A stretch of 64,000 nucleotides of DNA from an uncultured Alphaproteobacteria bacterium (GCA_963828645.1 CAWHFI010000002.1:9064-73063), one strand, 5' to 3'. Shown: positions 1-10,667, counted from the first letter of the stretch. Notes: generated by a model from the sequence alone, not told the origin. Numbers and translations are program-made.

Positions 1-522
1 CAACTCACCCTGTTTGGAAAGGCCCGACAAGGTAAGATTGCTGCTCCCCAAAAAGCCGGTAATCGGGTTGTTCGGGTCGGGCCTAAAAAGAAGGTATAGC
101 TTCGCGTGCAAAGGGTGTTTCAAAAACAGCTTGACGACCACTTTTCCTATTTTTAATTGTTCGGAAAGACGCCGGAGACCAACTTCATCCGCGTTAGTGG
201 GCATTCCCAGCATTAGCTGAAGGCGAAAATCTTCTGCGAGCTTGCGTTTCAATCTCAGAGCAGATTGATTGTCCAAGGAGTCGTCGCCAGCTGCGGCTCC
301 CAACCCGATTCTCAGCTCGTCCTGAGGCAGGCGCTGCATACCAACGAGCAGCCGGCATTGTTCGCTTTCTTTGCCTGACCAGTTTGCGATCAGGTCATCG
401 ATCGATTTCCAACCTCGTAAGTTGAAATAGCCGACGCAGAAGTCGCCTCGTTCGGATACGGATAGCGTTTGTCGCAATGCCGGTAGGAGACTGCTTTCTA
501 TGTTGTCAAATATGCGTGGCAA
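1..522 (-). CDS. N-terminal part of a PLD/HKD-nuclease (NgoFVII-like) domain protein, probably a PLD-SNF2 helicase fusion; runs off the window edge
   Basis: Not in the ORF track. Manual translation from TTG at 522 gives MPRIFDNIESSLLPALRQTL...GDFCVGYFNLRGW...HPLHAKLYLLF...GFLGSSNLTLSGLSKQGEL, open to position 1. HxK and GSSN PLD motifs, AAGGGAAG upstream, visibly AT-richer than the flank. Confidence 0.8.
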   Translation of the reverse strand, partial: MPRIFDNIESSLLPALRQTLSVSERGDFCVGYFNLRGWKSIDDLIANWSGKESEQCRLLVGMQRLPQDELRIGLGAAAGDDSLDNQSALRLKRKLAEDFRLQLMLGMPTNADEVGLRRLSEQLKIGKVVVKLFLKHPLHAKLYLLFRPDPNNPITGFLGSSNLTLSGLSKQGEL

Positions 523-592
523 TCGCGCTTCCCTTAGTCAGAATTGTGCCCAGTGGTTCAAATTGTTGTTCTTGCTGCCACCATTTGTTGCA

Positions 593-729
593 ACCTAGCG
601 GGTTGAGGGGGCTGGGCACAACCCTACGATCCTGTTTGCTCCCGTTGGCGATCTCGCTCGCTGAGCCACCCCCCACCCGGCTGGCCTTCGGCCAGCCACC
701 CTCCCCGCCGCTTGCGCGGGAGGAGGGTA
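593..729. repeat. Palindromic intergenic repeat, family C (CCCTCCCC...GGGAGGAGGG), degenerate
   Basis: Hairpins ggctggcc-ttc-ggccagcc and ccctcccc...gggaggaggg; similar to the copies at 3617, 10517, 56606, 57311 and 58753. Confidence 0.6.
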
Positions 730-854
730 AGAATGCGCCCTCACGAATTCGTCGGTTGCGCACCCCGTAGAAATTTGAGCATGGACATGCCGCCTGCGGT
801 AGTGTCGCCGCATCCCCGATTTTTCTCGGCAACAAAAGCAAAGGGAGTTTTGCA

Positions 855-1548
855 ATGCTCAAATTTTACTTCAACGGCGCGCCGAACCCGACCAAGGTCG
901 GCGCTGTTTCTGGAAGAGTCCGGCCTGCCCTACGAGCTGGTGCCGGTCGATACCCGCAAGGGCGACCAGTTCAAGCCGGAATTCCTGAAAATAAATCCGA
1001 ACGGCAAGGTGCCGGCGATCGACGATGACGGCGTCTATGTTTTCGACAGCAACGCCATCCTGCTCTATCTCGCCGAGAAGACCGGCAAGTTCCTGCCCGC
1101 CAATACGCCGGCCAACCGCGCGCAGACGCTGTCATGGCTGATGTTCGTCGCCAGCGGCGTCGGTCCCTATTCGGGCCAGGCGGTGCATTTCAAGCAGGCC
1201 GCGCCCAAGGACAAGGACCTCGAATATGCGCGCACCCGCTACCAGTTCGAGGCGGAGCGCCATTACGAGATCCTCAACAATCATCTCGCCGGCAGCCGCT
1301 ACATGGTGGGCGACACCTACACCATCGTCGATATGGCGTTGTGGGGCTGGGCGCGTCTCGGCGCCTTCGTGCTCGGCGAGGAAGCCTTTGCCAAATTTCC
1401 CAACGTGAAACGGCTGGTGGACGAGATTTCGGCAAGGCCGGCCGCGGCGCGCGCGGTGGCGCTGAAGGACAAGTTCGTGTTCAAGGCCGAAATGGATGAG
1501 GAAGCGCGCCACATCATGTTCCGCCACCTCAAGATCAAGGCGGCGTGA
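855..1548 (+). CDS. Glutathione S-transferase (YfcG-like); +1 frameshift near 900
   Basis: ATG at 855 after AGGGAG gives MLKFYFNGAPNPTKV, then one extra G, then ALFLEE...INPNGKVPAI...FDSNAILLYLAEK. Confidence 0.9.
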
Positions 1549-1570
1549 CGCGAAAAATGATTTGCTTTTC

Positions 1571-1657
1571 GTCATGGCCGGGCTTGTCCCGGCCATCCAC
1601 GTCTTTCTTGCTGCCGTGGCCAAGAACGTGGATGCCCGGGACAAGCCCGGGCATGAC
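1571..1657. repeat. CGTC-type palindromic repeat, family A
   Basis: gtcatggccgggcttgtcccggccatccac...gtggatgcccgggacaagcccgggcatgac; arms match those at 40344-40433. Confidence 0.9.
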
Positions 1658-1709
1658 GAGCCTTCGGTAAACCCGCGGTTCTATTGGCTGCATTTTCGGT
1701 CAGACTCCA

Positions 1710-1811
1710 AGGACCAGACCGCAGATGTGCAATTGCAGATCGGGGAATTCGAGATTCCCCGATCTGCAATTGCACATCTGAGGTTCGCGCTCACGCGCGC
1801 CCCGGAATGAC
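1710..1811. repeat. Family B repeat variant containing a 27-bp perfect inverted repeat (1722-1748/1754-1780)
   Basis: cagatgtgcaattgcagatcggggaat-tcgag-attccccgatctgcaattgcacatctg; ends in ccccggaatgac. Confidence 0.85.
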
Positions 1812-1816
1812 GTCAC

Positions 1817-2230
1817 TTACTCGCCGATCGCGGCAACCGCCTCGACCTCGACCAGCCAGCCCGGCTGCGCCAGCCGGCTGACGTAAACCAGCGTGCTGGC
1901 CGGCGGCTGGGCCGTGTTGACATAGCGATTTCGCACCGCACGAAGCTTCGGCACTTCCGCCGGATCGACCTCGGCGACGATGTAGGTATTCAGTTTGACG
2001 ATATCGGCCATGGTGCCGCCGGCGGCCTCGACCGCGAGCTTGACGTTGCTGTAGACCTGCTCGGCCTGCGCCTCGAAATTGCCGGCGCCGACCAGCTGGC
2101 CGGACGCGTCGGCGGAGACCTGGCCGGCCAGATAGACGATCGTTCCCTTGTTGACCCTCGCGATGTGCGAGTAGCCGGGCGGCGCCAGCAGGGTTTTCGG
2201 ATTGATGAATTCTTTCGACGGCTTCGACAT
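1817..2230 (-). CDS. RidA/YjgF family protein
   Basis: YSH...LAGQV...PPASTLVYVSRLAQPGWLVEVEA; start set at MSKPSK after GGGAGAG. Confidence 0.9.
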   Translation of the reverse strand: MSKPSKEFINPKTLLAPPGYSHIARVNKGTIVYLAGQVSADASGQLVGAGNFEAQAEQVYSNVKLAVEAAGGTMADIVKLNTYIVAEVDPAEVPKLRAVRNRYVNTAQPPASTLVYVSRLAQPGWLVEVEAVAAIGE

Positions 2231-2316
2231 GTTGCTCTCCCTGGGATCCCGATCCCGACCTTGCCGGGAATTCCCCATCATGTCATGACCCCAAGCTAAA
2301 TTCCGGGGGAAACATC

Positions 2317-3606
2317 ATGACGGTTCTTATCGCCGGCGGCGGCATTGGCGGGCTGACGCTGGCGCTCAGCCTGCACCAGATCGGCATTCCCGCCAAAGTG
2401 TTCGAGAGCGTGTCCGAGTTGAAGCCGCTCGGCGTCGGCATCAACGTACTGCCGCATGCCGTGCGCGAGTTGATCGAACTCGGATTGCTCGACAAGCTCG
2501 ACGCTTCCGGCGTGCGCACCCAGGAGCTCGCTTATTTTTCCAAGCACGGCAAGCCGATCTGGAGCGAGCCGCGCGGCATCGAGGCCGGCTACCGCTGGCC
2601 GCAATTCTCGATCCATCGCGGCACGCTGCAGCAGATCCTGCTCGATGCCGCGACCGAGCGGCTGGGCGCGGAGAACATTCTCACGAGCCATCATCTCTCG
2701 GGCTGGACCGAAACAGCGGATGGCGTTCGCGCCGAGTTCATCGACAGGGCGACCGGCAAGTCCGCAGGTCAGCATGACGGCGCGTTGCTGATCGCGGCCG
2801 ACGGCATTCATTCGGCGATCCACGAAAAGCTCTATCCGCAGGAAGGGCCGCCGCTCTGGAACGGCCGCATCCTCTGGCGCGGCATCACCGCGTCGGATGC
2901 GTTTCTGTCCGGCCGCACCATGATCATGGCCGGGCATGAAATCCTGAAATTCGTCTGTTATTCGATTTCCAGAGAACCCGACGCCAACGGAAAGTTCGCA
3001 ATCAACTGGGTGGCCGAGCGGCATATGCCGCCGACCTACCAATGGCGGCGGGAGGACTACAACCGCGCCGCGCGGCTGGAAGAATTCCTGCCGTGGTTCA
3101 AGGACTGGAAATTCGACTGGCTCGACGTGCCCGGCCTGATCGAGAACTGCCCGCACGCTTACGAATATCCGCTGGTCGATCGCGATCCGGTTCCGCAATG
3201 GACGTTCGGCCGAGTCACCCTGATGGGCGACGCCGCGCATCCGATGTACCCGATCGGCTCCAACGGCGCGTCGCAGGCGATCCTCGATGCCCGCGTCATC
3301 ACCCGCGAAATCCTCGCGCACGGCCCGACCCATGATGCGCTGGCGGCGTATGAAGCGGAGCGCCGCCCGGCCACCACCGATCTCGTGATGCTTAACCGGC
3401 GCAACGGACCGGAGCAGGTGATGCAGATGGTCGAGGAGCGCGCGCCGGACGGCTACAAGGATGTCACCGACGTGCTGTCGCTGAAAGAGCTGGAAGACAT
3501 CGCCGCCAACTACAAGCGCGTCGCCGGCTTTCAGGTCGAAGGCCTCAACGCCAGGCCGCCGATCGTGACTGTGGCGGCGGCGAATCAGGTTTCGAGTACG
3601 CGATAA
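2317..3606 (+). CDS. FAD-dependent monooxygenase (flavin-dependent oxidoreductase, PhzS/salicylate-hydroxylase-like)
   Basis: GGGIGG Rossmann motif, ADGIHS (DG motif), LMGDAAHPMYP (GD motif). Confidence 0.9.
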   Translation: MTVLIAGGGIGGLTLALSLHQIGIPAKVFESVSELKPLGVGINVLPHAVRELIELGLLDKLDASGVRTQELAYFSKHGKPIWSEPRGIEAGYRWPQFSIHRGTLQQILLDAATERLGAENILTSHHLSGWTETADGVRAEFIDRATGKSAGQHDGALLIAADGIHSAIHEKLYPQEGPPLWNGRILWRGITASDAFLSGRTMIMAGHEILKFVCYSISREPDANGKFAINWVAERHMPPTYQWRREDYNRAARLEEFLPWFKDWKFDWLDVPGLIENCPHAYEYPLVDRDPVPQWTFGRVTLMGDAAHPMYPIGSNGASQAILDARVITREILAHGPTHDALAAYEAERRPATTDLVMLNRRNGPEQVMQMVEERAPDGYKDVTDVLSLKELEDIAANYKRVAGFQVEGLNARPPIVTVAAANQVSSTR

Positions 3607-3616
3607 CTTCTGCTAA

Positions 3617-3746
3617 CCTCGCCCCGCTTGCGGGGAGAGGTCGAAATTCGCGAAAGCGAATTTCGGGTGAGGGGGATTCTCAGCGAGTCGAGCTTGTTGA
3701 GAAAGCCCCTCACCCCGACCCTCTCCCCGCAAGCGCGGGGCGAGGG
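3617..3746. repeat. Family C palindromic repeat
   Basis: cctcgccccgcttgcggggagagg...ccctcaccccgaccctctccccgcaagcgcggggcgaggg between convergent genes. Confidence 0.85.
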
Positions 3747-3768
3747 AGAAGAGACAGCCTCTATTCTC

Positions 3769-4860
3769 TCAGCATTCTCTCAGCCCATGCGCGATCACCT
3801 TGCGCATCACGTTCGGCAGCGCCTCATCCTTTAGCGTCGTGATGGGGACCCAGCGCATGCCTTCCGGCGCGCGGCCGCGGGCGGCAACATTCGCGGTGTA
3901 GACCACAAGCTCCAGCGGAAAATGCGTGAAGACGTGGGTGACAACGCCGACCCGGCGATGCCAGCGCGTCACGCCTTTGAGCACCGGCGCCTGCCTGAGC
4001 GCCGCCTTGTCATCCTGGCCGGCGAGCCAGTCCGAACCCGGCACTTCGGTCATGCCGCCGAGCAGGCCTTTCTCGGGCCGGGTGCGGACCAGAAGCTCAT
4101 CGCCGCGCGTCACCACGAATGCCGCGCCGCGGCGCAGCGTGCCGGTTTTCTTTGCCGCTTTGCGCGGATACGTCTCCTGATCGCCACGCGCACGCGCGAT
4201 ACAATCCTCGTTCAGCGGGCAAAGCGCGCAGGCCGGTTTCTTCGGCGTGCAGATCGAGGAGCCCAAATCCATCAGCGCCTGGGCGCTGTCACCCGCCCGG
4301 TCGGGGCCAAGCAGGGTCGCCGCCAATTCCTGAATCAGCGGCTTGGCCTGCGGCAGCGGCGCCTCGACCGCGAACAGCCGCGACACCACCCGCTCGATAT
4401 TGCCATCGACCGGCATGGTGCGGCGGCCGAACGCAATCGCGGCAATCGCCGCCGCCGTGTAGGGGCCAATGCCCGGCAGTGCGCGCAAACCCTCCTCGGT
4501 ATCGGGAAACGCGCCGCCATGATCGCGCCGTACTGATACTGCGCAGGCGTGCAGATTGCGCGCGCGGGAATAATAGCCGAGCCCGGCCCACATCCGCAGC
4601 ACGTCGTCGAGCGAGGCGCGGCCCAGCGCATCGACATCGGGCCATCGCGCGATGAACTTCTCGAAATACGGTCCCACCGTCTTGACGCCGGTCTGCTGCA
4701 GCATGATTTCCGACAGCCACACCCGGTAGGGATCGGCGGCCACCCCCGGCAACGGCCGCCACGGCAGCCGGCGGCGATGGCGGTCGTACCAGGCGAGCAG
4801 CAGCGCCGGACGGGCGGTGGCTTGTTGCTTCTTTGCTTTGACGGCTGAGGATGAGGTCAC
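3769..4860 (-). CDS. mutY: A/G-specific adenine DNA glycosylase
   Basis: VWLSEIMLQQT, WAGLGYYSRARNL, LPGIGPYTA (HhH), CX6CX2CX5C Fe-S motif, HVFTHF. Confidence 0.97.
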   Translation of the reverse strand: MTSSSAVKAKKQQATARPALLLAWYDRHRRRLPWRPLPGVAADPYRVWLSEIMLQQTGVKTVGPYFEKFIARWPDVDALGRASLDDVLRMWAGLGYYSRARNLHACAVSVRRDHGGAFPDTEEGLRALPGIGPYTAAAIAAIAFGRRTMPVDGNIERVVSRLFAVEAPLPQAKPLIQELAATLLGPDRAGDSAQALMDLGSSICTPKKPACALCPLNEDCIARARGDQETYPRKAAKKTGTLRRGAAFVVTRGDELLVRTRPEKGLLGGMTEVPGSDWLAGQDDKAALRQAPVLKGVTRWHRRVGVVTHVFTHFPLELVVYTANVAARGRAPEGMRWVPITTLKDEALPNVMRKVIAHGLREC

Positions 4861-4909
4861 ATCCCATTTTAAGATCGGAATCGCCTCGTGGCCAGAGATC
4901 GGTTCAACC

Positions 4910-4938
4910 TTGCAAGCTATAACGCATCACGTTATAGT
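4910..4938 (+). promoter_or_regulatory. Sigma70-type promoter with an overlapping palindromic operator for higBA
   Basis: TTGCAA (4910-4915)-17 bp-TATAGT (4933-4938); inverted repeat CTATAACG-catca-CGTTATAG (4917-4937). Confidence 0.75.
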
Positions 4939-4943
4939 CAGCC

Positions 4944-5228
4944 ATGATTCAGGGCTTTGCCGATTCCGAAACGGAATTGATCTGGTCCGGCCGCCGGAGC
5001 CGAAAACTGCCGTCGGACATCCAGAATATCGCTTTGAGAAAGCTTCGTCTGTTGAATCAAGCCCGGTTGCTCGGCGATCTTCGCGTGCCGCCCGGCAATC
5101 GCCTGGAGGCGCTCCGGGCGGATCGGCAAGGACAACACTCGATCCGGATCAACGACCAGTGGCGCATATGTTTCGTTTGGGATGAAGGAGGACCGTCAGA
5201 TGTCGAGATCGTCGACTACCACTTCTAA
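4944..5228 (+). CDS. higB: HigB (RelE/ParE-family) toxin
   Basis: LRVPPGNRLEAL...GQHSIRINDQWRICFVW...VEIVDYH. Confidence 0.93.
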   Translation: MIQGFADSETELIWSGRRSRKLPSDIQNIALRKLRLLNQARLLGDLRVPPGNRLEALRADRQGQHSIRINDQWRICFVWDEGGPSDVEIVDYHF

Positions 5229-5520
5229 AGCCGGGCTGCTCTCCAATCCGCATCCCGGCGAAATTCTGCTCGAAGAGTTCCTCAAGCCCATGAATGTCAG
5301 CCAGAATGCGCTGGCGCGAGCGGTTCACGTCGCACCGCGCCGCATCAACGAGATCGTGCTCGGCAAGCGGGACGTCACCGCCGACACCGATCTCCGGCTC
5401 GCGCGCTATTTCGGGCTGTCGGAGGGGTTCTTCCTTGGGCTGCAGATGGACTATGATCTGATGCAGCGGCGGCGCGAAATCGATCGTGACCTGAAGACCA
5501 TCCGTCCGCGCGCAGCGTGA
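5200..5520 (+). CDS. higA: HigA antitoxin (HTH-XRE)
   Basis: HPGEILLEEFL...SQNALARA...RRINEIVLGKRDVTADTDLRLARYFG; AAGGAGG before ATG 5200; overlaps the higB end. Confidence 0.92.
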   Translation: MSRSSTTTSKAGLLSNPHPGEILLEEFLKPMNVSQNALARAVHVAPRRINEIVLGKRDVTADTDLRLARYFGLSEGFFLGLQMDYDLMQRRREIDRDLKTIRPRAA

Positions 5521-5545
5521 CTATGAATTGGTGATACCACCGACC

Positions 5546-6025
5546 ATGTCCAGATCCGGCCCGATCAATGCCAAGCCGCTGTCCGTCCTGCTCAGCGACG
5601 TGTTTTCCGACGCCTATGCCAAGCAGGGCTTCGCCGCGCGCGAGCTGGTGACACGCTGGGCTGAAATCGCCGGGCCGGAAATAGCGTCCCATTCCGAGCC
5701 CTTGAAGATCCGGTGGCCGCGGCCGGTGGAGGGGCAGCCGCAGGAACCGGCGACGCTGGTGTTGCGGGTGGAGGGTCCGATGGCGCTGGAAATCCAGCAC
5801 GCCTCCGACGTGGTCCTGCAGCGCGTCAACCGGTTCTTCGGCTGGAGCGCGGTGGGCCGGCTGGCGCTGCAGCAGGCGCCATTGTCGCGCCGCGACCGGT
5901 CGGTGAAGTCCCGCGCACCGGATCCGAAGTCGGTGGCGAAGGTCGCCGCAACCCTGTCCTCGGTCGAGGACGAGGAATTGCGCGCGGCACTGGCGCGGCT
6001 CGGCGCATCGATCAAGCGAAATTGA
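5546..6025 (+). CDS. DUF721/DciA-family protein
   Basis: LVTRWAEIAG...LVLRVEGPMALEIQH...RVNRFFGW; typical mutY-DUF721-DsbA-smc context. Confidence 0.8.
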   Translation: MSRSGPINAKPLSVLLSDVFSDAYAKQGFAARELVTRWAEIAGPEIASHSEPLKIRWPRPVEGQPQEPATLVLRVEGPMALEIQHASDVVLQRVNRFFGWSAVGRLALQQAPLSRRDRSVKSRAPDPKSVAKVAATLSSVEDEELRAALARLGASIKRN

Positions 6026-6144
6026 GCCTTTTCAGGCTCGCGCCAACTGACGGGGCCTAAACCCGCCATTGCCACAATTATGGTTTCAAGCTAGCGATCA
6101 GGCATCATTTTCGGGCGTGAACGCGCCAATCCGGGAGCAGACCG

Positions 6145-6801
6145 TTGATCATTACCCGCCGCGCCTTCACCGCCGCCCTGTCGCTATCAGGGCTTGCCGC
6201 CCTCGCCGGGCTCTCGCCGCTGCGCCTGATCGCGGATGCGATGGCGCAGGACGCCGCCGATGTCGCCAAGCCGGTGTCGCTGCCGGACATGGCGCTCGGC
6301 CCCAAGGACGCCAGCGTCACCATCACCGAATATGCCTCGATGACCTGTCCGCATTGCGCGGCATTCAACGCCAACGTGTTCCCGCAGATCAAGTCGCAAT
6401 ATATCGACACCGGCAAGGTGCGTTACGTGTTCCGCGAATTCCCGCTCGACATCAAGGCCGCGGCGGGCTCGATGCTGTCGCGCTGCATCGCCAAGGACGA
6501 CGCCGGCAAATATTTCGCGGTCACAGACATGCTGTTCCGGCAGCAGGGCGACTGGGTGATGAAGAACACCACCGACACGCTGACGCGGATCGGCAAGCAG
6601 GCCGGCCTCAGCCAGCAGGCGGTCGAGAGTTGCCTCAAGGACCAGGCGCTGCTCGACAAGATCGCCGCCGATCAGAAGTTCGCCGCCGAGGTGTTGAAGG
6701 TCGATTCGACGCCGACCTTTTTCCTCAATGGCGAGAAGATCAAGGGCGAAACCTCGTTCGAGGAATTCGACAAGAAGATCAAATCGCTGCTGAAGAGCTG
6801 A
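6145..6801 (+). CDS. DsbA-family thiol-disulfide oxidoreductase with Tat-like signal
   Basis: TRRAF signal, EYASMTCPHCAAF, STPTFFLNG. Confidence 0.92.
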   Translation: MIITRRAFTAALSLSGLAALAGLSPLRLIADAMAQDAADVAKPVSLPDMALGPKDASVTITEYASMTCPHCAAFNANVFPQIKSQYIDTGKVRYVFREFPLDIKAAAGSMLSRCIAKDDAGKYFAVTDMLFRQQGDWVMKNTTDTLTRIGKQAGLSQQAVESCLKDQALLDKIAADQKFAAEVLKVDSTPTFFLNGEKIKGETSFEEFDKKIKSLLKS

Positions 6802-7037
6802 TCTCGCGTCGTTCCGGCGGACGCCGCGACGACGAGCAGCATTGCAATACAAACATCGAGATAACCCCAGCAAAAGCCTTGGGAAAAGCCCGCCGCGGCG
6901 GTTGCCCTGCGGGCCCGCCCTCGCCATTGTCCCGTCCGCAAGAGCCGCAAAAAGCGACTCGCCCACACACCGACATTGCCTTCCATGGTATTGTCACGGC
7001 AGGGAGATTCGCGCCCTGCCAATAGAGAATCGTGTCC

Positions 7038-10000
7038 ATGAAACTGACTCGCCTTCGCCTCCATGGTTTCAAGTCGTTCGTTGAGCCCACCGACTTCATG
7101 ATCGAGCCGGGCCTGACCGGCGTCGTCGGGCCGAACGGCTGCGGCAAGTCGAATCTGGTCGAGGCGTTGCGCTGGGCGATGGGTGAGACCTCGCACAAAT
7201 CGCTGCGCGCCGCCGATATGGACGCGGTGATTTTCGCCGGCTCCGGCAACCGGCCCTCGCGCAACCACGCCGAAGTGGTGATGACGATCGATAATTCGGA
7301 TCGTTCCGCGCCGGCGGCCGTCAACGACCGCGAGACGCTGGAAATCTCGCGCCGGATCGAGCGCGAGGCGGGCTCGGTCTATCGCATCAACGGCCGCGAC
7401 GTGCGCGCCCGCGACGTGCAGCTCCTGTTCGCGGACGCCGCCACCGGCGCGCGTTCGCCGGCGCTGGTGCACCAGGGCAAGATCGGCGAGATCATTCAGG
7501 CCAAGCCGGAACAGCGCCGCCGCGTGCTGGAAGATGCCGCCGGGGTCGCCGGGCTTCACGCCCGCCGCCACGAGGCCGAACTGCGCCTGAAGGCCGCCGA
7601 AACCAACCTCACCCGCGTCGAGGACGTGATCGGTCAACTGGCCGGACAGATCGACGGATTGAAGAAGCAGGCGCGGCAGGCGATCCGCTACCGCGAAGTC
7701 GCCGGCAAAGTGCGCAAGGCCGAGGCCATGCTGTTCCATCTGCGCTGGATGGAAGCCCATGCCGACGTCGCGGAAGCCGGACACACCCACGAACTCAGCG
7801 TCCGCGAAATGGCCGAACGCACCCGCGAGCAGGCCGAGGCCGCCCGCCTCCAGGCAGTGCGCGCGTCGGAATTGCCGGCGCTGCGCGAGGCCGAAGCCCG
7901 TGCCGCCGCCGGACTGCAACGGCTCACCAATGCGCGCGAGACGCTCGATCGCGAGGAAGAGCGCGCCAAAGAGCGCGTCGCCGAACTCGATCGCCGGCTG
8001 ACGCAGTTTTCGGCCGATATCGCCCGCGAGCAGCAGCAGGCTTCTGACGCCGAAGCGGCATTGCAGCGGCTCGATACCGAAGACACCGAATTAAAGGACG
8101 AAATCAAATCTCGCGTCGAAAAGCGCAGCGGCGTCGACGAACGCATGGCGGAGGCGGAAGCGACGCTGGCCGCCGCCGAGCGCCTGTTCGCCGAACTCAC
8201 CACCGTGCTCGCCGACCTCACCGCCAGGCGCAGCCAGCTCGAGGCCAAACGTACGCGGCCACCGCGACCGGCTGGCGCGGCTCGATCAGGACATCGCCAA
8301 CGTCGGCAACGAAGCGCAAAAGCTAGCGCAGGAAACCAGCGGCTTGGGGGACCTCGCCGCGCTTTCCGGCGCCATGGAGACCGCCCAGCAGAATCTGGCG
8401 CAGTGCGAGGCCGCGGCGCAAGCCTGCGAGACCGCGCATGTCGCCGCGCGGCAAATGCTGGAAGCCGCCCGCGCGCCGCTGAACGAGGCCGACAAGCGGG
8501 TGCAGCGGCTCGAGACCGAAGCCCGCACGATTTCGAAACTCGTCAACGGCGAGACCAAGAATTTGTGGCCGCCGATCATCGACGGCGTCACCGTCGCCAA
8601 GGGCTATGAGAAGGCGCTTGGCGCTGCCCTTGGGGACGATCTCGATGCCCCGGTCGACCCATCGGCGCCGATGCGCTGGACCGATACCGGCGTGATCGAG
8701 GGCGACCCGGCTCTCCCCGAGTGCGTGGAAGCGCTCTCCTTGCACGTGGAAGCGCCGTCCGAACTGGCGCGCCGCCTGGCCCAGATCGGTGTCGTCGCCA
8801 GGGAGCGCGGCGCCGAGTTGATGTCGCAACTGAAGACCGGCCAGCGGCTGGTGTCGCCGGAAGGCGACGTCTGGCGCTGGGACGGGTTTGTCGCGGCCGC
8901 CCACGCCCCGACCGGCGCGGCGCGGCGGCTGGCCGAACGGGCGCGTTTGGCCGACATTGAAAACGAACTCGAGCAGGCCCGCATGGAGGCCGCTGCCAAG
9001 CGTCAGGCGCTGGAAGCCGCCGAAGCCGAGTTGAAGACCGCCTCGGCCGCGGAAACCTCGGCGCGTGACCGCTGGCGTGCCGCGCAACGCGAGGCCGATG
9101 CAGCGCGCGAACGCCATGCCACTACCGAGCGCGAAATCAATCGCCACGCCGCGCGGAAATCGGCGCTGACGGAGGCCCGCAGCCGCCTCGATGCCGACCG
9201 CGCGGAGGCCCTTGCCGCGCATGAGAGCGCCATCGCGGCGCTCGGCGAATTGCCGCCAAGCTTGGATACCGAAACGAAACTTGCCGGTGTGCGCACCGAC
9301 ATCGACGGCCATCGCCGCCTTGCCGCTCAAGTGCGGGCCGAAGCACAGGCGCTGGCGCGCGAGGCGGAACTTGCCGACCGCCGCGTTCAGGCGATCCTCG
9401 CCGAGCGCAGCGAATGGCAAAACCGCAAAACTAGCGCGGCCTCGCAGATGGCAACCATCGAAACCCGCGTCACCGAAGTCAGGGCCGAGCGCGCCGAACT
9501 CGACAATGCACCGGCCGCGTTCGCCGAAAAGCGCCGCGCGCTGATCTCCGAGATCGAGTCCGCCGAGCAGGCGCGCCAGCTTGCCGCCGATGCACTCGTC
9601 TCGGCCGAAAACGTGATGGCGGAAACCGACCGCGCCGCCAAGATTTCGCTCGAGGCGCTCTCCAGCGCCCGCGAAGCCTGTGCCCGCGCCGAAGAACGCA
9701 TGGAAGGCGCCAGACGCCGTCTCGCCGACATCGAGCGCGAAATCCACGACATGCTGGAAGTCGAGCCGCAAGGCGTCGCTGCTCTTGCCGAGATCAAGCC
9801 GGGCGCGGAATTGCCGCCGCTCGCCGAGATCGAGGAAAACCTCGAAAAGCTACGCCGCGACCGCGAAAGACTGGGCGCGGTCAATCTGCGCGCCGAGGAA
9901 GAGCTGCGCGAGGTCGAAACCCAGCACACCTCTCTTACAACAGAGCGCGACGATCTGGTGGAGGCCATCAAGCGGCTGCGCCAGGGCATCCAGAGCCTCA

Positions 10001-10503
10001 ACCGCGAGGCCCGCGAGCGCCTGCTGACCTCGTTCGAGGTGGTCAACGGCCATTTCAAGCGGCTGTTTACCGAACTGTTCGGCGGCGGCGAAGCCGCCCT
10101 GCATCTGATCGAAAGCGACGATCCGCTGGAAGCCGGCCTCGAGATCATCGCCAAGCCGCCCGGCAAGAAGCCGCAGACGCTGTCGCTGCTCTCGGGCGGT
10201 GAGCAGGCATTGACCGCGCTGGCGCTGATCTTCGCGGTGTTCCTCACCAATCCGTCGCCGATCTGCGTGCTCGACGAAGTCGACGCGCCGCTCGACGATC
10301 ACAATGTGGAGCGGTTCTGCAACCTGCTGCACGAGATGACCGCCACCACCGAGACGCGCTTCATCATCATCACGCATAACCCGATCACGATGGCGCGGAT
10401 GAACCGGCTGTTCGGCGTCACCATGGCCGAACGCGGCGTGTCGCAACTGGTCTCGGTCGATCTCGAAGACGCGGTGAAGATTCTCGATCAGCACGTGGCG
10501 TAG
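7038..10503 (+). CDS. smc: Chromosome segregation protein SMC; +1 frameshift near 8248
   Basis: GFKSF, GPNGCGKSN Walker A, coiled coils, C-terminal LSGGE and VLDEVDAPLD; two track ORFs join at gcc-aaa-c-gta. Confidence 0.95.
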
Positions 10504-10516
10504 GGCGCCCTTCCTT

Positions 10517-10657
10517 CCCTTCTCCCCTTGCGGGAGAAGGTGGCTCGAATGAGCGAAGCGAATTCGAGACGGATGAGGGGTTCCGGTCTATCGATAGAAA
10601 GAGACCCCTCATCCGCCTTCGCTTCGCGAAGGCACCTTCTCCCGCAAAGGGAGAAGG
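10517..10657. repeat. Family C palindromic repeat
   Basis: ccttctccccttgcgggagaagg...ccttctcccgcaaagggagaagg. Confidence 0.85.
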
Positions 10658-10667
10658 AAAGAAGGAA

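Noticed and set aside
1496-1881. Small ORFs over intergenic palindromes (also 3628, 10488, 15414, 54306-55207, 56597, 57348)
   Set aside because: Translations of repeat sequence, without RBS or protein-like composition
7038-10503. smc (and other split genes) as pseudogenes or programmed frameshifts
   Set aside because: Uniform +1 indels without other decay or slippery-site structure favour sequencing error
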